Source of the DNA: Raillietiella orientalis
Taxonomy: Eukaryota
NCBI GenBank assembly: GCA_036172245.1
Contig: JAYWIR010000042.1
Span: forward strand, 124,001-188,000
Direction: 5' to 3'
Length of the DNA stretch: 64,000 nucleotides
Below the pieces are notes generated by a model that saw only the letters and a program-made list of their open reading frames with translations, ran no database searches and was not told the DNA's origin. This document shows positions 1 through 13,560 of the stretch, piece by piece. The position numbers and the translations under genes are program-made. Position 1 is the stretch's first letter, and each line of letters starts with the position of its first letter.

Positions 1-3000
1 AGGAAAGAAGCAGCAAAGAGCTCCTCACCGCAAAAGCACATAAATTTTTCTGGATGCGGAGAAGAGTACTTCCCAGGGGCGTTTTCCTGAGAGGCTAACA
101 GAGTTCGAAGCGAACTTCCAGGACCCTCCTAAAATTCCCTCACGCAGCCGTTTGATTGCAATCCATTTGAACCACCGATCCTTTATGATTCAGCGCGCGC
201 AAAGTTTCGACTCCGGACTTCACTCCCCACGACTCCCACCTACTCTGCTCATTTTACCGACGACTAGCACTACCCCTCCTCCATTCTCTTGAAACACAGT
301 AAAGCATCACGGGAATCTGAAATGGGTGCAATCTATTCCTATTTTCAGCTTCCTCCACCGTCTTCAACTCTTCATCATCAAGGTAATTTCCCCTTCCAGT
401 GCCATTGCAGTCCTGAAACTCGGTTTATCCATTACCGTGGTCTTCTTTCAGGAAATATCAAAGATGGCCGAAATGAGGATCAGGAGACAGCAGGAACGTA
501 AGATCCTTTCCTCCGTGCAGCAGCAACGGCTGTACACAACGAAATTTCCCGCATCCGTTACATGAGGAGCAGACGCGTTCAGCCAGGAAGGGAGAACTCG
601 TGCTATCAGAAGCCACGGGAATTCCGACACGTAACCACGGGCGGGAAATGGGTAGATTCCGAATTCTCCGGTAGATGGCACTCGTTGCCGGAGGTTTACC
701 TCACGAGCTGCTCGCCGGACACCCGCCGACGCAGTCTCAAATCGGAGGAAGAACTCCCAAAGCGCACCAGCGAAGTGTCCAAAACAGAACACATCCTTCA
801 GACGGCACCCGCGGAAAAAGATTATTCCGTCCAGCTCCCGTCTCCGATCCACCTCTTGTCATCGAACAGAAATCAGCGAACCAGTCGGCCTCCGCTTCCT
901 CCTCTCTGGAGGCCGCACGTCCTTCCCACATCAGCTTCCCGTTCTGCTGGACCGAAACGGAGCTTCCGTCTTTCTCATCCTCCTCAGGAACCGCTCCAAA
1001 GCAATCTGGAGCTGCATTCTGAGCAACAGAGCTTCGAACTTTTCTTAGCATGTTCTTCCGAATCGCTCGGCCTTTCGGCGAGCTGTTTTTCGCCCCGCCC
1101 TTGTGGCTGCTGTTGTTGGCAAGCGCACCCGGCTCAAGACTTGTTGCAATCCTGGCTGCATCCTGAGATGGTTCCGAGTTTGGGTGCTTTCGCTGCCTCT
1201 CCTTTCGAAGGTCTCCCTCTGCCCTGCAGAGCATCCAGCAGCAGTTGAGGTGGTCGTTGGTTTTTGTCGCGGGGCTTTCTCGGATTTTGAAGGATCGCGT
1301 TGAACCTGGCACATGCAAGGAGCCAATGCCACTTCGTCCAGAAGGAAAATCCATCTCTCTCGCACTCACAGAGGTGTTCACAGTGCCATGCGTGTAGAAG
1401 ATCCACGAACCCAAGATGCATTTTCTGTTGGAAAAGCTACAGAAATGTTCTAGAAATTTCTAGAACATCACTTGCAAAGATGCGCATGCACAAACGTATG
1501 TGCATTTGGAAGGAAGTTAAAAAGTCCACAATGTACGCACAAGTAATGCACGAATTAGCTGGTTTCATTTTTCCGTTTTACGGCCCATGCGAGTTGCCAC
1601 TCGCGGAATGCAGAAATCCTTGCTCTCAAGGAGCTTTGGTGGACCTTTGTGCCCACGATGAAGCAAAACCTCTTCGGTTGGGTGCGCTGAGGGGTCCTTT
1701 TCGCCAAGTCGCTGGCTGTGCTTCTCCGTCCACCACGAGCGACGTGCGGCATCCAAGATTTTGGCCACAAGAAAGAGCACCCTGCTTCAAAACGAAGAAT
1801 TGGTCTGTCGACTTGCGTAGAAAGTTGAGCATTTCGGCCTCCGATGAGCGAACGCCATTTCTTCCTTTGTCCAAGTCGCCCTTCTCCATGAGCCGATCGC
1901 TCGAGCTCGGGCTTGCTTTTTCTGGAAAGCTGCTCCCTAGAGTGTACATCTGGGTTGGTGGGTCGGTACCCGTGAAGGAGGATCACTGATGTATCTGGAT
2001 CCTATGCTTCGGCAGGTGGAGATCGCTCAGATGCTCTACTCGAAAGCCGATTCGGATTCTGGATACTTTTTTCTCCCGAGATGATTCTCGTTGAATCTAA
2101 GCGTTAAGTTGATCTCCTTGGGAGAGAAGATTTCAACCTGCCCGGTGTCTCAGCTCGAGGTTGAAGCTTAGTCTTCCGCCGATTAGCATGCCATCTGGGT
2201 CCGGTGAGCGCCCCGACCTGATGATCTCAATGAGATCCGCTAAGCCCACCACCCTGCTCTTTGGCAAATGCAGGACGGTTCCAGTCGATTCGTTTCCATG
2301 GTTTTCGTGAAGCCGAGCAGAATCGGATGCACTCTCGAAAGTTCTTCCTCCTGAGCGCTCATCGTCCATCGGGAGACAAGAATGATTCACTCTCCCTTCT
2401 CTCTTTGAGTGTGGATAGGCAGTCTTTCCTCCTTCGAGCCTTCCTTTCCTCAAGCTTAGAGGAGGAAGCATTCGGATTCAGGAAAAGATGCACGAACGAG
2501 GACTCTTTCTGCCTTCAGGCGATACCGAATGGAAGAGACTCACATGAAGCTTATCTTCGCTCACCACTCCCGCTCAACACGCTCGCATGATGAACCTCCC
2601 CCCCTCGCTCTCCTTAGCTGTTCCTCAACCTTTTGACACGTGGGTTGTAGCTGGGAGTTTCACCAGGGTGACGTCCGCATTTCCGGTCATGTTCGCGTCT
2701 TCGTTGCAAGGGGATCGGTAGCAGGGGCTCAGACGCAACACCTGCAATGGAGGGAGGGGGTGGAGGATACAATGTTGAGACGTGCTCCCATCTTCCTCAT
2801 TTGCGCTTCACGAAGAGAGATCGAAGTGTCCGAATCATCCGCACGCGCGTGCAAGGAGAGAGCTGCAGCAAATAATCCGAGATCTTCTGAGCACCTCCCC
2901 CACGTGCCATCTCTCCATGCCCCACCACGTGAATCTACTCCCTTCCCCTATCCGAGGGACGTGCTGGCAGTCGTGGTCATCTCACGTTTCTCCCCCCCTC

Positions 3001-5450
3001 TCCCCCTCCCCTTTGAGAGCCTTCGAGGAGCGCGGCTGGAAACCCACCCACCCGGCAAGATAGCTGGAGTTCTCTTAAGCTCCCAGAACTCTTGCCAGCA
3101 ACAGAACCATGCTACAGAACCATGCTGCTCGGAAACTCACATGACGAAGATTCTGGTCCGCTTCGTCTCTTACTGATCATTACGATGGCTAGGACACCTC
3201 AGATGATTCCGACCTCTTCGAGCATGAGGAATTCCATCTCATTCCATCCACCATTCCATCACAACACTACGAGTGGACAGGAATGGAGATCGAAACGATG
3301 ACCATAAGTCAGGAGCAGAAAGACGACCTTTCAGAGACGACGTCTCGAGCGCATTCCATGGTGAACTGCTTTGGGAGTCAAGACGGTACTCATCATGAGC
3401 TGTCCTGTAGGTAGTTGCTCCTTGTGATGCAGAACAAGAAGAGCGATGACATTCGATGCAAGAGTGCCTAATGCCCAAGGGCCTCTCCTTGAACCCAAGT
3501 TCAACGCGAAAACCCTAATTACTTGTCTCTCTTTGTAGTCATGGAAATGATGGATTGCGAGGTTGCGGTATCCGCCAACCGGAAAGATGGAAGGAAGCCG
3601 CTGCTGCTCAGGTTAGACAGCAGCCTGCCGCAACTGCGCTTCTCGAATGACGCGACAGACTGAGTGGACTTTCGGGAAGGTTCCTTCCTAGTACAAGCGG
3701 AAAGTCCCGGAAGGGCTTCTGCACCGACGAGGCGGTGCAGCCGAAACAGCCGCAGTCTTAAGGAGAGGGATGCAGAAATGGCAGCAGGGGCACGGATAGC
3801 AAACACCTCGTATCCTCCCTCTTGTTGCTCAGTCCTCAGCAGCGGGAACTGCTCCGGGCTTTGTGGACGCTCGCATCGAGTCATCCAGCTTGGCAGATGG
3901 ATGCCTCCGGGAGGCGGGTCTCGGTCTTCCTCCGAGTCCCGCTAAATGCAGCAACGGAGCTTCCCTCATCCGTTAATTTTCTTTCCTCCAGATCAAAGGA
4001 CGCGCAGAAAGGAAAGCGGTGGGTAGGCAGCTGGGTTATTCCCGTAACACGACTGTGCCAACTTGCTTCTGCTCTCCCGATTGCCCAAATGATCTTTTCC
4101 GAGCCTAAGGGCCATTCTTCCTGTCGATTTCCGTCTCTCTTCTTGCCCGCTTGTCCCCCGCTGCCTCCACCTTACTCTCTTCACGCTCGGCGAAGCCGGA
4201 AGCAACGGGAACGAAAGATCCGGCACTCCGATTCCAAACAGGACGCTTCCTTCTGCGCGGCGGATCTCCGTTCCTTCGCTCAACCTTTCGATCCTTCCCA
4301 CCCCTTTCCCCCCGGGAGTGATCCCAATCGCCTCCAAAATTTCCGCGAGGTGGATCGAACATGATTCCGGTCTGGAACTCTCTGCATACCTTGCTGTGGG
4401 TGCGCAGCAGCCCTACTCCTTATCAAGTGCTCCCCACTGCTAACTTGTTCGCCTTCTTCTTCACTCTCAAGGGCTCCGGAAAAGCGGCTCTGTGACCTCG
4501 CGCCCTTCCCAGTCTCCCTGGAGGCGAAGACCGGTGAGTCCTCCTAACCGCGGGCATCCGGAAGTTTCCTGTATGATGATGCTTTTTGGAGGCCTTCGCA
4601 TGCCATCCTCACGAGGGAAAAATCTGCGGGAAAAGGAGCAATCAGAAGAAGAGAAGGAAGCAGGGAGTAGACCTCGAAGAAGGGTGAATGAATGGGAGCT
4701 GACGGGTGGCGCTACTGGTGACCCAGAGTAGAGGCGCTGTTGGACTCTACTTTATCGTGTAGCTGTCGCCACTGGCGCTGGTAGCATTGCTCCAGGTATC
4801 CCGTCCTCCTGCTGCTTACTCCTCTTCCAGAAGATCGCTTGCGATTCGGGTCAGGCTGTCGGGAGTCTGATGCCCCTCCGGTGGAAGAGAAGAAACTAGG
4901 CGGAGCGCGACCCAGTCGCAAGGGAAAATTCACGGATGTTTGAGGGCCTGGAGAGGGTGAAGGAGGAGGAAGAAAAGGCTCCATCGCGAAAGCGTTGAGG
5001 CGCAAGGATTTGTCCTGGAAGTCGGTCGCCCCTCTTCGATAGCCGACGTATGCACTCCACGCTCAGCAGCTGGCAGCGCTTGACACCCGAAAACTCTTTC
5101 GGATTCGTCGCTGCTATTCATCAGATCCTGGAGCCTTCTGATGATGTTTTCCAGCTGTTCGGAAGGATGAGGAGACTTTGAGATTGTTAGCATCCTCGTC
5201 GCTAGTTTTCCGGTTGCATCTTTGCTGGAGAACTCGAAGAGGGTGATGGAAGGGCAAGGGGCAGAAGTTGTTCCCACGAAGCAGCCAGGATTTTGCTCGA
5301 AGCACAGCTACTGCTGGCAACTCAGCGTCTTCAACAGCAACATCTTCACATCTCCGTCGGACGCTTGCTGAGCGATGTGAGGTCTTCCCACATGCAGCAC
5401 ACTCCATGATAGGGGGAAGGGGAGAGGGAGAAGGGTAATCCCTGAGGCGC
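1..5450 (-). mobile_element. Heavily decayed non-LTR retrotransposon (gag-like knuckle, RT, RNase H); R1/I-group type
   Basis: Broken motifs occur in the expected order on the minus strand. Zinc-knuckle-like CAACGKTSH (~5390); RT-like GRSPDPDG (~2200), GYRPTN (~1965) and KVHQSSL, similar to GVPQGS (~1640); RNase H-like VTDAG (~560) and ISDSRDAL (~315). Many stops and frameshifts; boundaries approximate. Confidence 0.6.
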
Positions 5451-5899
5451 CGGCTCTCTCCTTTTGTTAGAACACAGACGCTGCGTGCCGGATCCAGCTA
5501 TTTTCAGGTACTGGTCACCTTTTGCTGGAGGTAGGAGCTGAGGTGGAGTACGTTCCCGCTTCTCATGTTTTCATTCTCTGTAAGCCGAATAGCAGCAAGA
5601 CACTGACAGCGGCAGCGGTCCCAGAGCGTCATCTCGCAGCCGCTGCTAACAATCAGCAGGACAGTCCGGATGCGTCGCTTAATGCGTCCGATGTGCCAAG
5701 GCTTCCCTTCAGTCACCAGACCTTTGCTGCTTTACTCGGATGGCTGGTCAGCCTCTGTCCGCTTCCTTCCTTCCCCCTCCCCCTGTTCCTCTCTCCGTTC
5801 TCACTCGAAACTGTGAGCATTCCATCAGGATGCAAGGACTTGAGCGTTCTCAGGAATGGGCACACTTTGGACCACAATCCCTTTCCTCTTTTCGATGCA

Positions 5900-8800
5900 C
5901 GAACGGACGCGACCCTAAGAGAAGGCAAGTCCTCTTTCACTCCTCTCCCTCCCCTATATGCTGCAGCTGTGAAACAGCCCAGGCGTGCAAGATGAAAAAG
6001 GAGAAGCAGGCTTCCGTGTCAGGGATGGACAAAGATGCTCGTCATGCTCCTTCCTTCATTAAATCCAGTTGCATGTAATGGCTGCACACCCAGTCCTCCC
6101 TGTTGCTTCGGTCCAGCAGCTTTCACGAGCGAGCTTACGTACTTGGAAACGTTTCTTTCTTCATCTTCCTTTGTTCCCTCTTACCGAAGTCGGCACCTAA
6201 ACTTCCCGAGCTTGAACAGAACTTGCCCGGTGGCAGGAGGCCAAGGCCGTAGGATGGCAGCACACATCCTCAGTCTCCTGCGTCTGGACATCTCTTTGTT
6301 GATCAATGAGAGAGAGCTAGACATTTGAGGACCCTGTGCAGATCTTCCCCTCGCAAGATGTGAGCCAGCGACGACCTCATATGCGAGCACGAACGAACGA
6401 CAAGCCGTAAGCTGTCCCACCGGGTTTCCAGGATTCCTTTGCATGTTTGCAGCGACGCCAGTCCGTGGTCCTGCTCCCTCCCGCCACTCTTTGGTGCGTC
6501 GAGGTTCGTTGCACCGGGGCAAAGAGCCCCATGTTCCGCTTCGACGGAAAAATTTCGGGTGCTTGAGTAGTGCGTCGTAAATTCGTTCATAATGGATTTC
6601 CCTGCTCAACTGCGGAGTCCCTGCAGCCTCTCAAAGAAGGAGCTCTCTCGTTCTTCCAGAGATCGTTTCCGCCGTCCACGTACGCCGCCCCATGTTTCCA
6701 TTTCTTTTTTTTTCCCCTCTCTTTCATCGGAAAATGACCAGAAATCCATTCGATGCTCTCCCGAGACTCGCAGTTTCCTTCCAAAATCCTGAGTGCGCCG
6801 CGTGCCTCAATGAGAATCGCCTCCACGTTTCGTTCGTCGTGCAGGAACTGAGGCGTCCAGGAGCCTGACAGGACCATCTGGTCCCTGATTGGGTCCCGGA
6901 TCCGAGGGCTGATGGTTGCAAAATAGAATCCGTCACGCCAAGATGAGCACCGCATTTCCTCGGGCGGATTTGCCGGTGCGTACTCGGACCCGCGCGCGGC
7001 TTCCGCAGGGGAAGGGCAGCGAGATACCCCTCACCTTGCTTGGCAACGGGTGTTCCTATTTGCATCCGGAGGAGGAGCAGGAAGCACGGATTTTTCGATT
7101 CCCTCCCCATGCAGGTGGATGCATGAAGGTCTCTCATGCCTTGTCTCATTGAGACGCCTTGGACTGCCGATGCGATCTTCCATGCAACCGCTCCCTTATC
7201 ATTTCAGGTACGGAGACTTTCTCGTTCCTGATCTACTGAGATGCTACGATTTCTGGAACGTAGTGGCAGCACAATGGGTTTTGAATGAGCCCGTAGGCAG
7301 TGCAAAAAGGAAGAAGTCGAAAAGAGATTCTCGGACAAGTTTCCGGTCCCTGAGTCGACTTTGCCAACTGAATGTTGTGAGTCAGCAAGCAGACTCCATC
7401 TTCTGGTCGTGCTGAGATAGTTCCTGGGTGAGTGCTCTGTTCCGCCGAGGTTCTCGAGTGCAAATCTCATGGCCGGAACACTTTCACTCTCCGGGCGATG
7501 AAGCGCGAATGCCGACGAATCCAGTCTTTTAAGGTGCTGCCCAGATCACTACAAATGAAAAAAAAAAAATGGAAGGGAAGACGTAAGAGACCACCGAATT
7601 CCTTCAAGCCGTTCATCACGAACCGTCCACGATTGGCAACCTGAAGACTCAATCCGAACCACCTGAGAAGGCCAATCTTTCCGGGCCCTCGAATTCGCGT
7701 TTTTAAACTGCTCATCTGAAGTTGCTCTCGTGGCGGGCGAGCTGACCATGGTGGATTCTTCGTCCCAGCGAAGGAAGGTTGCTCCGGAAAATCGGCCTTT
7801 GCTGGAACTATGCCCCTGCCTCCAAAGCCCCTGATGCTGATTTTCCCTTGCGTCAAATGCCCATACCTCATGGGCGCCTCAATGAGGCACATCTTACCAA
7901 ACAAATTGAGACGCGTGCTTGCTCACGACTGAATTCTTACATCCGGGACTCCAGAGAAACTCCTTTTCCCATGCGTTTCTCCAGGAAGATTGATCCTTTC
8001 CGTTTGGTTCGTTTCGTCCACTCGTGCGCGGCACTGAGGTCCACGGTATCCCAATCTCCGAGTGCCGGTTCGGAGGGTTCCCTGATTTTCCCGACAGAAA
8101 AGAAAGGGAAGGCAGAATTAGGAACCTTCCAGCAAAGAAGGGCGGAAAGAACGTTCGCAGGACGCGTTCCTCCCCAGAGATGCCTGCGCCGACGATGTCG
8201 GCTCGTACCATTCAGTCTCCCGGAAATCTCGGTGGCCAAATCCTGCCTTTCGCGGAGAAACTGAGGACAGAGGAACTTTGACAGATGAGGACCGTTCTTT
8301 CGTTCCTCTGAACTACGGGAGCAGGAGACCAATCCTCTCAGCTTATCGATGGCCATTTCGTTGATCCCGACGCAGGTGGTCCACTGATACAAGCACTTGG
8401 AATCCGCCTTCTGAGACACTTTCGCCTTGCGAGATCTTCTATATGCATTCTTCCTGGTGAAAAGTTGTTTCTAGAAGAAGAATAGGCTCCTGACTTCAAA
8501 CTGCGATTCTTCTAGAAGCTCTCTAAAGCCTCTAAGGGTGCGACGGCGTGACCAGCTCCTCCCAAGGGAATATTCCACAAATGAGTCGGAAACGACTTCC
8601 ATAGTTCCTGCTTGCCTTTGAACGTGACCATCTGGGATCCGAAACGAATGTTGAAGCACGCTTTTCGGAGCAGCAAAAAGACTTACCAGAAAAATGCCGA
8701 CGGCTCCGGTAGTACCAAGGGATGAGCTTCCCATGTCTCGTGCTTCTTCCTGGAACCGCCTCGGACCTTTTCCGATTATGAGTGGGGACACACGGAGACA

Positions 8801-9380
8801 GCCCGCTCGTTCTGAGAGGAAAGCAGAAAGGAATGGAGAAGTGGGAGATGCCTGGAAACTCTGAAGTTCCCGGGCGACCATCCGCTCACAGGACGCGTAT
8901 CAGAGAGGAGACGCTGGTTCGGAACTGAAGCCGCGGGAAAGGTTCTTTGGGGGAGAGCTGGCAGAAGCAGCTGCAGCTCCGTTCCGATCCAGTGAGGCAG
9001 GAGCTGACGTAGGAAAGCGGTGCGAGACCCAAAGACCGGGAAATTCAGAGAGCACGCGCATCTCCAGGTAGCTCGGAAGCGGGGATTGGACAGCTTGACA
9101 TCCGGAGCAGCGTCCGTCCGCCCCGTTTCCGCGGGGTCACGCGCGGCTTCCCTTCAGCAGACAGCGGAAGGCTCGCCCTCCTAGCAGGGAGAGCAGCGAG
9201 CTGGGATGAAGCGGCAGCTTGGAGACGCACGTTTTCCCAAGGTGGAGGACGCCAATCGCTCGGCTCGGTGGAGCCACTGAACAGCTGGCGGTACTGCGAG
9301 CACCAGCAAGCGCGACAGTGCTCGCAGACGCCGCTGCGATGCGCTCAGTCCAGCCGCCTCCATGCGAAAGAGCTGCTCCT
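5900..9380 (-). mobile_element. Decayed L1/Tx1-clade LINE ORF2 remnant
   Basis: Degenerate RT-like blocks (GRFVMNG ~7610; GLIQNPL, similar to GvRQGcPL, ~7285) and a C-terminal Cys-finger-like GSLPRCNEP (~6520). Fragmented across frames. Confidence 0.4.
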
Positions 9381-9424
9381 TGTAGCACGCGACCCATCTG
9401 CAGGCGGAAAGGCTCTCCTGGAGA

Positions 9425-10560
9425 CGGGTTAGAGGCCGTGGGTGTGGCTGCAGGGTGTCTGCGGGTGGTGCCAAGCGTTGAGGGCTCGAATCCCCGCGTG
9501 GAGGAATCGACGCCAGAGAAATGGATGCGTCGTAGGTTCCAGTTCCCCCCTCAAGATGACGCTGGTTGGCCTGTAGGCCTCGGGCGAGGGGCCGCTGGAA
9601 TCCAGAAACCGGATACCTACGATGATTAGCCGGAACTAAAACTTGACCTTCCGAGGTCCTTCCAGGAATTAAGGATTCCTTCATGGTTCCCCTCCGGTTA
9701 TGAAAATGGTACGAGATAAGGGGTTCCCCCTCGACGAGAAGGGGTACTCCTTATCTCGTACCATGGAGCTGGTGCACTGATACCTCCCCAGAGTGTCCAA
9801 GAAGCGCGCTGCTCCCTTCTAGGAGGGCACCCTTCAGGAAAAATTTAGAAGCGCTTCTTCGGCGTCAGAGGAGTAACAAGGAGCGGATCCTTTCTGGAGG
9901 GTCCCTCCGGAGAAAATAAGGAAGAGGTGGTTTTCTTCGGGGTTCTCTCCCAAGCGTGAGAGGAACGGACTCCTTCCTTCTTAGCCTTCCTGGATTCCTA
10001 GGGTGATCCCTTAGGGATGACCCGCTATAACATGAAGCGCCTCTTCATGCGCGCCCTTTCTCCTGGAGTATCTCCAGCAGCTCTTTGCTGCTGCCTACGT
10101 GAGGAGTATGGTGCCCTGGAGGTACGCGAGAGGAGGACGGCGCGCGACGGGGACGCCATCTACTTTGCCCTGCGCTTCTTGCGGACGGCAGCAAGATGGC
10201 CACACCTGGAACCCATACTCGGAAGCAACTTGCCGGCATTCTGGAAAGGATGCAGAGGACGACCGCCAGCACCGGTGATCCTTCCCTAACCCTCCCAATT
10301 TTTTGTACATATTTTTGTTTTATTTTTATTTCTGTTTTCCCCTCTCGCTCCCCTGCCGTGGCGAACCTCGCCGGCCTGAGTACCGATTCTCGGCAGGTTC
10401 CGAGCATTTTCGGACAATGTAGGGCCCATGACCCTACACTTGTATGTTTATTATTTTCTTATAATAAACGTCCTGGCGTGACCAGGTGATGAACCTACAG
10501 CTTGAAGAGTTTCACGCTCCTTGGGACGACGTGGACAGTGTCAAAGAGCTTCGTGAGCCC
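9425..10560 (+). mobile_element. tRNA-headed structured SINE-like element, copy A (interrupted by a LINE 3' fragment)
   Basis: B-box-like GGCTCGAATCC (9483-9493) and core AAGATGACGCTGGTTGGCCTGTAGGC (9553-9578). Colinear with copies B-E. Homology resumes at ~10489 after the insertion. Confidence 0.8.
10038..10488 (+). mobile_element. 5'-truncated LINE 3' end (L1/Tx1-like), nested in SINE-like copy A
   Basis: Encodes AALCCCLREEYGALEVRERRT...FALRFLRTAARW, homologous to 60866-61150 (+) and 48223-48430 (-). T-rich 3' UTR, AATAAA at 10463-10468, terminal hairpin. Confidence 0.75.
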
Positions 10561-10599
10561 CCACCCAACCCCCCCTTTTCAAGGAGGCGAACAGTTCTT

Positions 10600-11450
10600 C
10601 AGCACTCTGCGAACCAGAAGAAAAGAGGGGGGTGGAAAGGCAGCAGGGAGACTCGAAGGCACCTCTTCCGGGGGGCTGGAACTCTCCAGAACCTCTGCTC
10701 CTGCGAGGAATCGGCGGGATGGTCCCGCCTCCTCCTCCTTGCCTTGATGGGAGCACCCGGACGCATGCTCTCCCGTGCACTGGGCTCCCGCGCTCTCCCG
10801 CTAGTTATGGAGAGAATCTCTCGTCCCTGACCCCGGTCGGATCTGAGGTAGAGGGGAGGTCTCGGAACCCGCATCCGCTCGGCGTCAACGCTGGCCCCCA
10901 GGGCTCCCGCTGGACCGGCGCGAACTTCCGGCCTGCAGTCGGAGGGCAAGCAGTGCCTGCGCTTGGTGGTGAAGAGCGGGCAGTCGTCGGGCCTTCAGCA
11001 GCGCCGTGTCCTTCTCCTCCTGTCGTGAGGTTCAAAGGGCACTGCTCAAAGGGCATCGCCTCACTACCATCCCCTTCCTCCTTCGCGGAAGAGCTCGGCC
11101 GTTCGCTGACGGCGTGTTCTTGATCGGAAGGCTTCAGAGCGGATCCGACGTCGATGTCCCGTCGACCTTCCTACGGGATTCAGGATCGAACGCTCCCTAC
11201 GTGCCGCCGCCCCGCGCCCGCAGCCCGACGGGAATGCTGCGCGCGTTTGCGTGCGCTTGTTGGCAGGGACCGTCGCGCTGTCGGGGCTGCGTGGGGGTAA
11301 AAGGGAGGGGCAAGTTGCCAAAAAGACCAACCCTGCGCCACCACTCGTGGCGACACTGCGCCTGAAGGCTTCCTAGAACGCAGTCGAAGATCGCGTTTCC
11401 TAGAAAGGGCTCCGCCTCCGCGTCCAGCCAGCCGGTCGCGAGACCGTCTA
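10600..11450 (-). mobile_element. LINE C-terminal remnant (copy 1 of a local pair)
   Basis: 10960-11097 is a diverged direct repeat of 11793-11897 (shared TCCCCTTCCTCCTTCGCGGAA.AGCTC). Both translate on the minus strand as ELFREGGRG. Confidence 0.45.
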
Positions 11451-11459
11451 TTTGTTCGT

Positions 11460-13560
11460 TTAGCTCTATGCGTTGCCAGATTGCTGGTTTTCGCTGCTTC
11501 CTTTTGCCTTGGGATCGCCTCCTCATCCTTTGGTTGGTTTTCCTTGCGTCACTTCGTTTCCGGGAAGCGACTGCTTCACCTCACGTTCTATCGTCGGTCC
11601 CGTCGCCTCCTTTCGGGTTTCGGATCCCGGCTCTCTCTCTCGGAAGGAAGGGGGAAAGGGGGGGGGGAGGAAAGGGTGATGGAGAAGCAGGAGCCGCACC
11701 AGGCTCAGAGGACGCACACACGCGGGTGTCCCAGGTGGACGCGCGGTCCGGGGACACGGACCGCTGGGCTGGCGGCGGCGCAAGCGGCGCTTGCGCTCGG
11801 CGGTGAAGAGCTGGCCTTCCGTGGCGCCGCATCTTCGTCCGTCGTGAAGCGTGGGGGAGCATTACTTCACTCCCCTTCCTCCTTCGCGGAAAAGCTCTAT
11901 CTTCTCCCGCCGAGGAAGCGCTGCGTCTCTGGTCGGAAGAGCTCCCAAGGTGCGCGCGGCTGGAAGCATACGGAGGCGGGCAGTTCGTTTCTCAGTCAAG
12001 CTGCCGACCGCTTTTCCCCCTCTGAGCGGCTCCCCATCTGGCTCAGGGAGGCGCATCGCGCTCTCCCCCTTCGGTTGGAACAATCCCCGTTCTAGAATCA
12101 CCGTTCACTGGAAAACCATCTCGAGGAACGACGGCGTTTTACTCCTCCCGATCCTGACGTATTCGAGCACGTTCATTAGTTGGAGCCGGCAGCAGCATCC
12201 CCGATATCTGGAGATTTTCATTTACGGGCTCGAGAAGCTGCGCTTATAATCTCAATGATAAGCTTGCTTGTCTCACGGAAGCATGGATAAATGATGGCCT
12301 TGATTTCCACTGCCCTGGGAGCGCTCCATCCCTGCCGCCTCGCGGACGACCGGGAGGAAATTCGCTGTCAGGAGTAGTGCAGCGCCGTTCTCTTCCCTTC
12401 CGGGAGGACTCCGCGCTCGGCGGAACGACGTTATGGGGTCCCGCGGTTTACCTCGCGCGGAACGAGCCAGGTCTGCTTTATGTAACGTTCCCGGAGCTGC
12501 TCCTGGTCGGAGCGGAGTGGTCTCTTTCGGCAGTCTCAGTGGAGATCGTCCGCTCCCCATCGTATCGGTTCGTTCTCGCGTTGTCGGAAGCCAAAGATCC
12601 ACGTGGATCGAGAGAAGACGGCAGACACGAGGGACGGTCGCCTCCGCAGAGCCCAGCCCTTCTGCAGTGGCAGTGGCGTGGTGGCTTCTATGATGGAGGA
12701 ACCCTTTACGTGGGAAGGTCCATCTTGTAATGTGAGCCATGGCTTCCTGCGCCTCTGGAAAGCCACAATGGCGAGGTCTTCTTTGCAGCACTGGAAACAA
12801 AAGAGAGATGAAACTTTGATCCCTTTCCGCCGCCTTGCAAATGCTCTTGATGGCTAGATGATCCTGTTTCCTCGCTCCCGCGAAGCTCCAAACCCGGGTG
12901 CTTGGAAGGCTTCTCTGGGATTCCGAAAGCAATTCTTTCGAATGACTGGCAGCACTCTGAGAGGCTAATAGAGGGACGAGGCGCGCAAAAGTGGCATCGC
13001 TGAGCAGCAAAGAAAGACCAAAGCAGCATCAAGACCGTGGGTGACGAATCAATAGGGCCGTTTTCATCCTCCCGATGACACCAGAGGCATGCACTCGATA
13101 TTTTTTGGCGGTTATGAGAAAAAGCTGAGTTTTGTTAGTGATGGCGTCTGCTATATTGTCTTGTGGCTTCCAGGAAGAGGTCTCCGTCATTTGATCTTAC
13201 GAGTCGAATCTGGAAGTCCCTGCGGAGGCTGCCCAACGCACTTTGGCAGCAGAGGAGTGAAGAGTCATCCGAAAGTGCACCGGGCTGATGAAGTTGCTGC
13301 GAAAGCTTGGCACACGGGACGCTCCAGGTTTCCGAAAATCCAGGCGTTTCGTGTCCGATCTGGCTGTGCCCAACAGTCTCTCCTAGGAAAGGTTCAGGGA
13401 TTCCCCAGCGGGAAACGTGGAAGGATAGTTCCCTAGCGAGAGATCAGCTCGGGCGTGATGTCTCTGCAGCGAAGAGGCACTGAGGAGAATAACACAACGA
13501 AGACCAAGTGGTGACCTATTCTGGATTCTTGGCATCCCCCGCTCGAGCTACCGGCGTCCA
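11460..13560 (-). mobile_element. Decayed L1-clade LINE, RT to C-terminus
   Basis: ALSDDSS, similar to YADD (~13270), and TLGALPTRD, a zf-RVT-proximal ALPT motif (~11940). Many disruptions. Confidence 0.5.
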
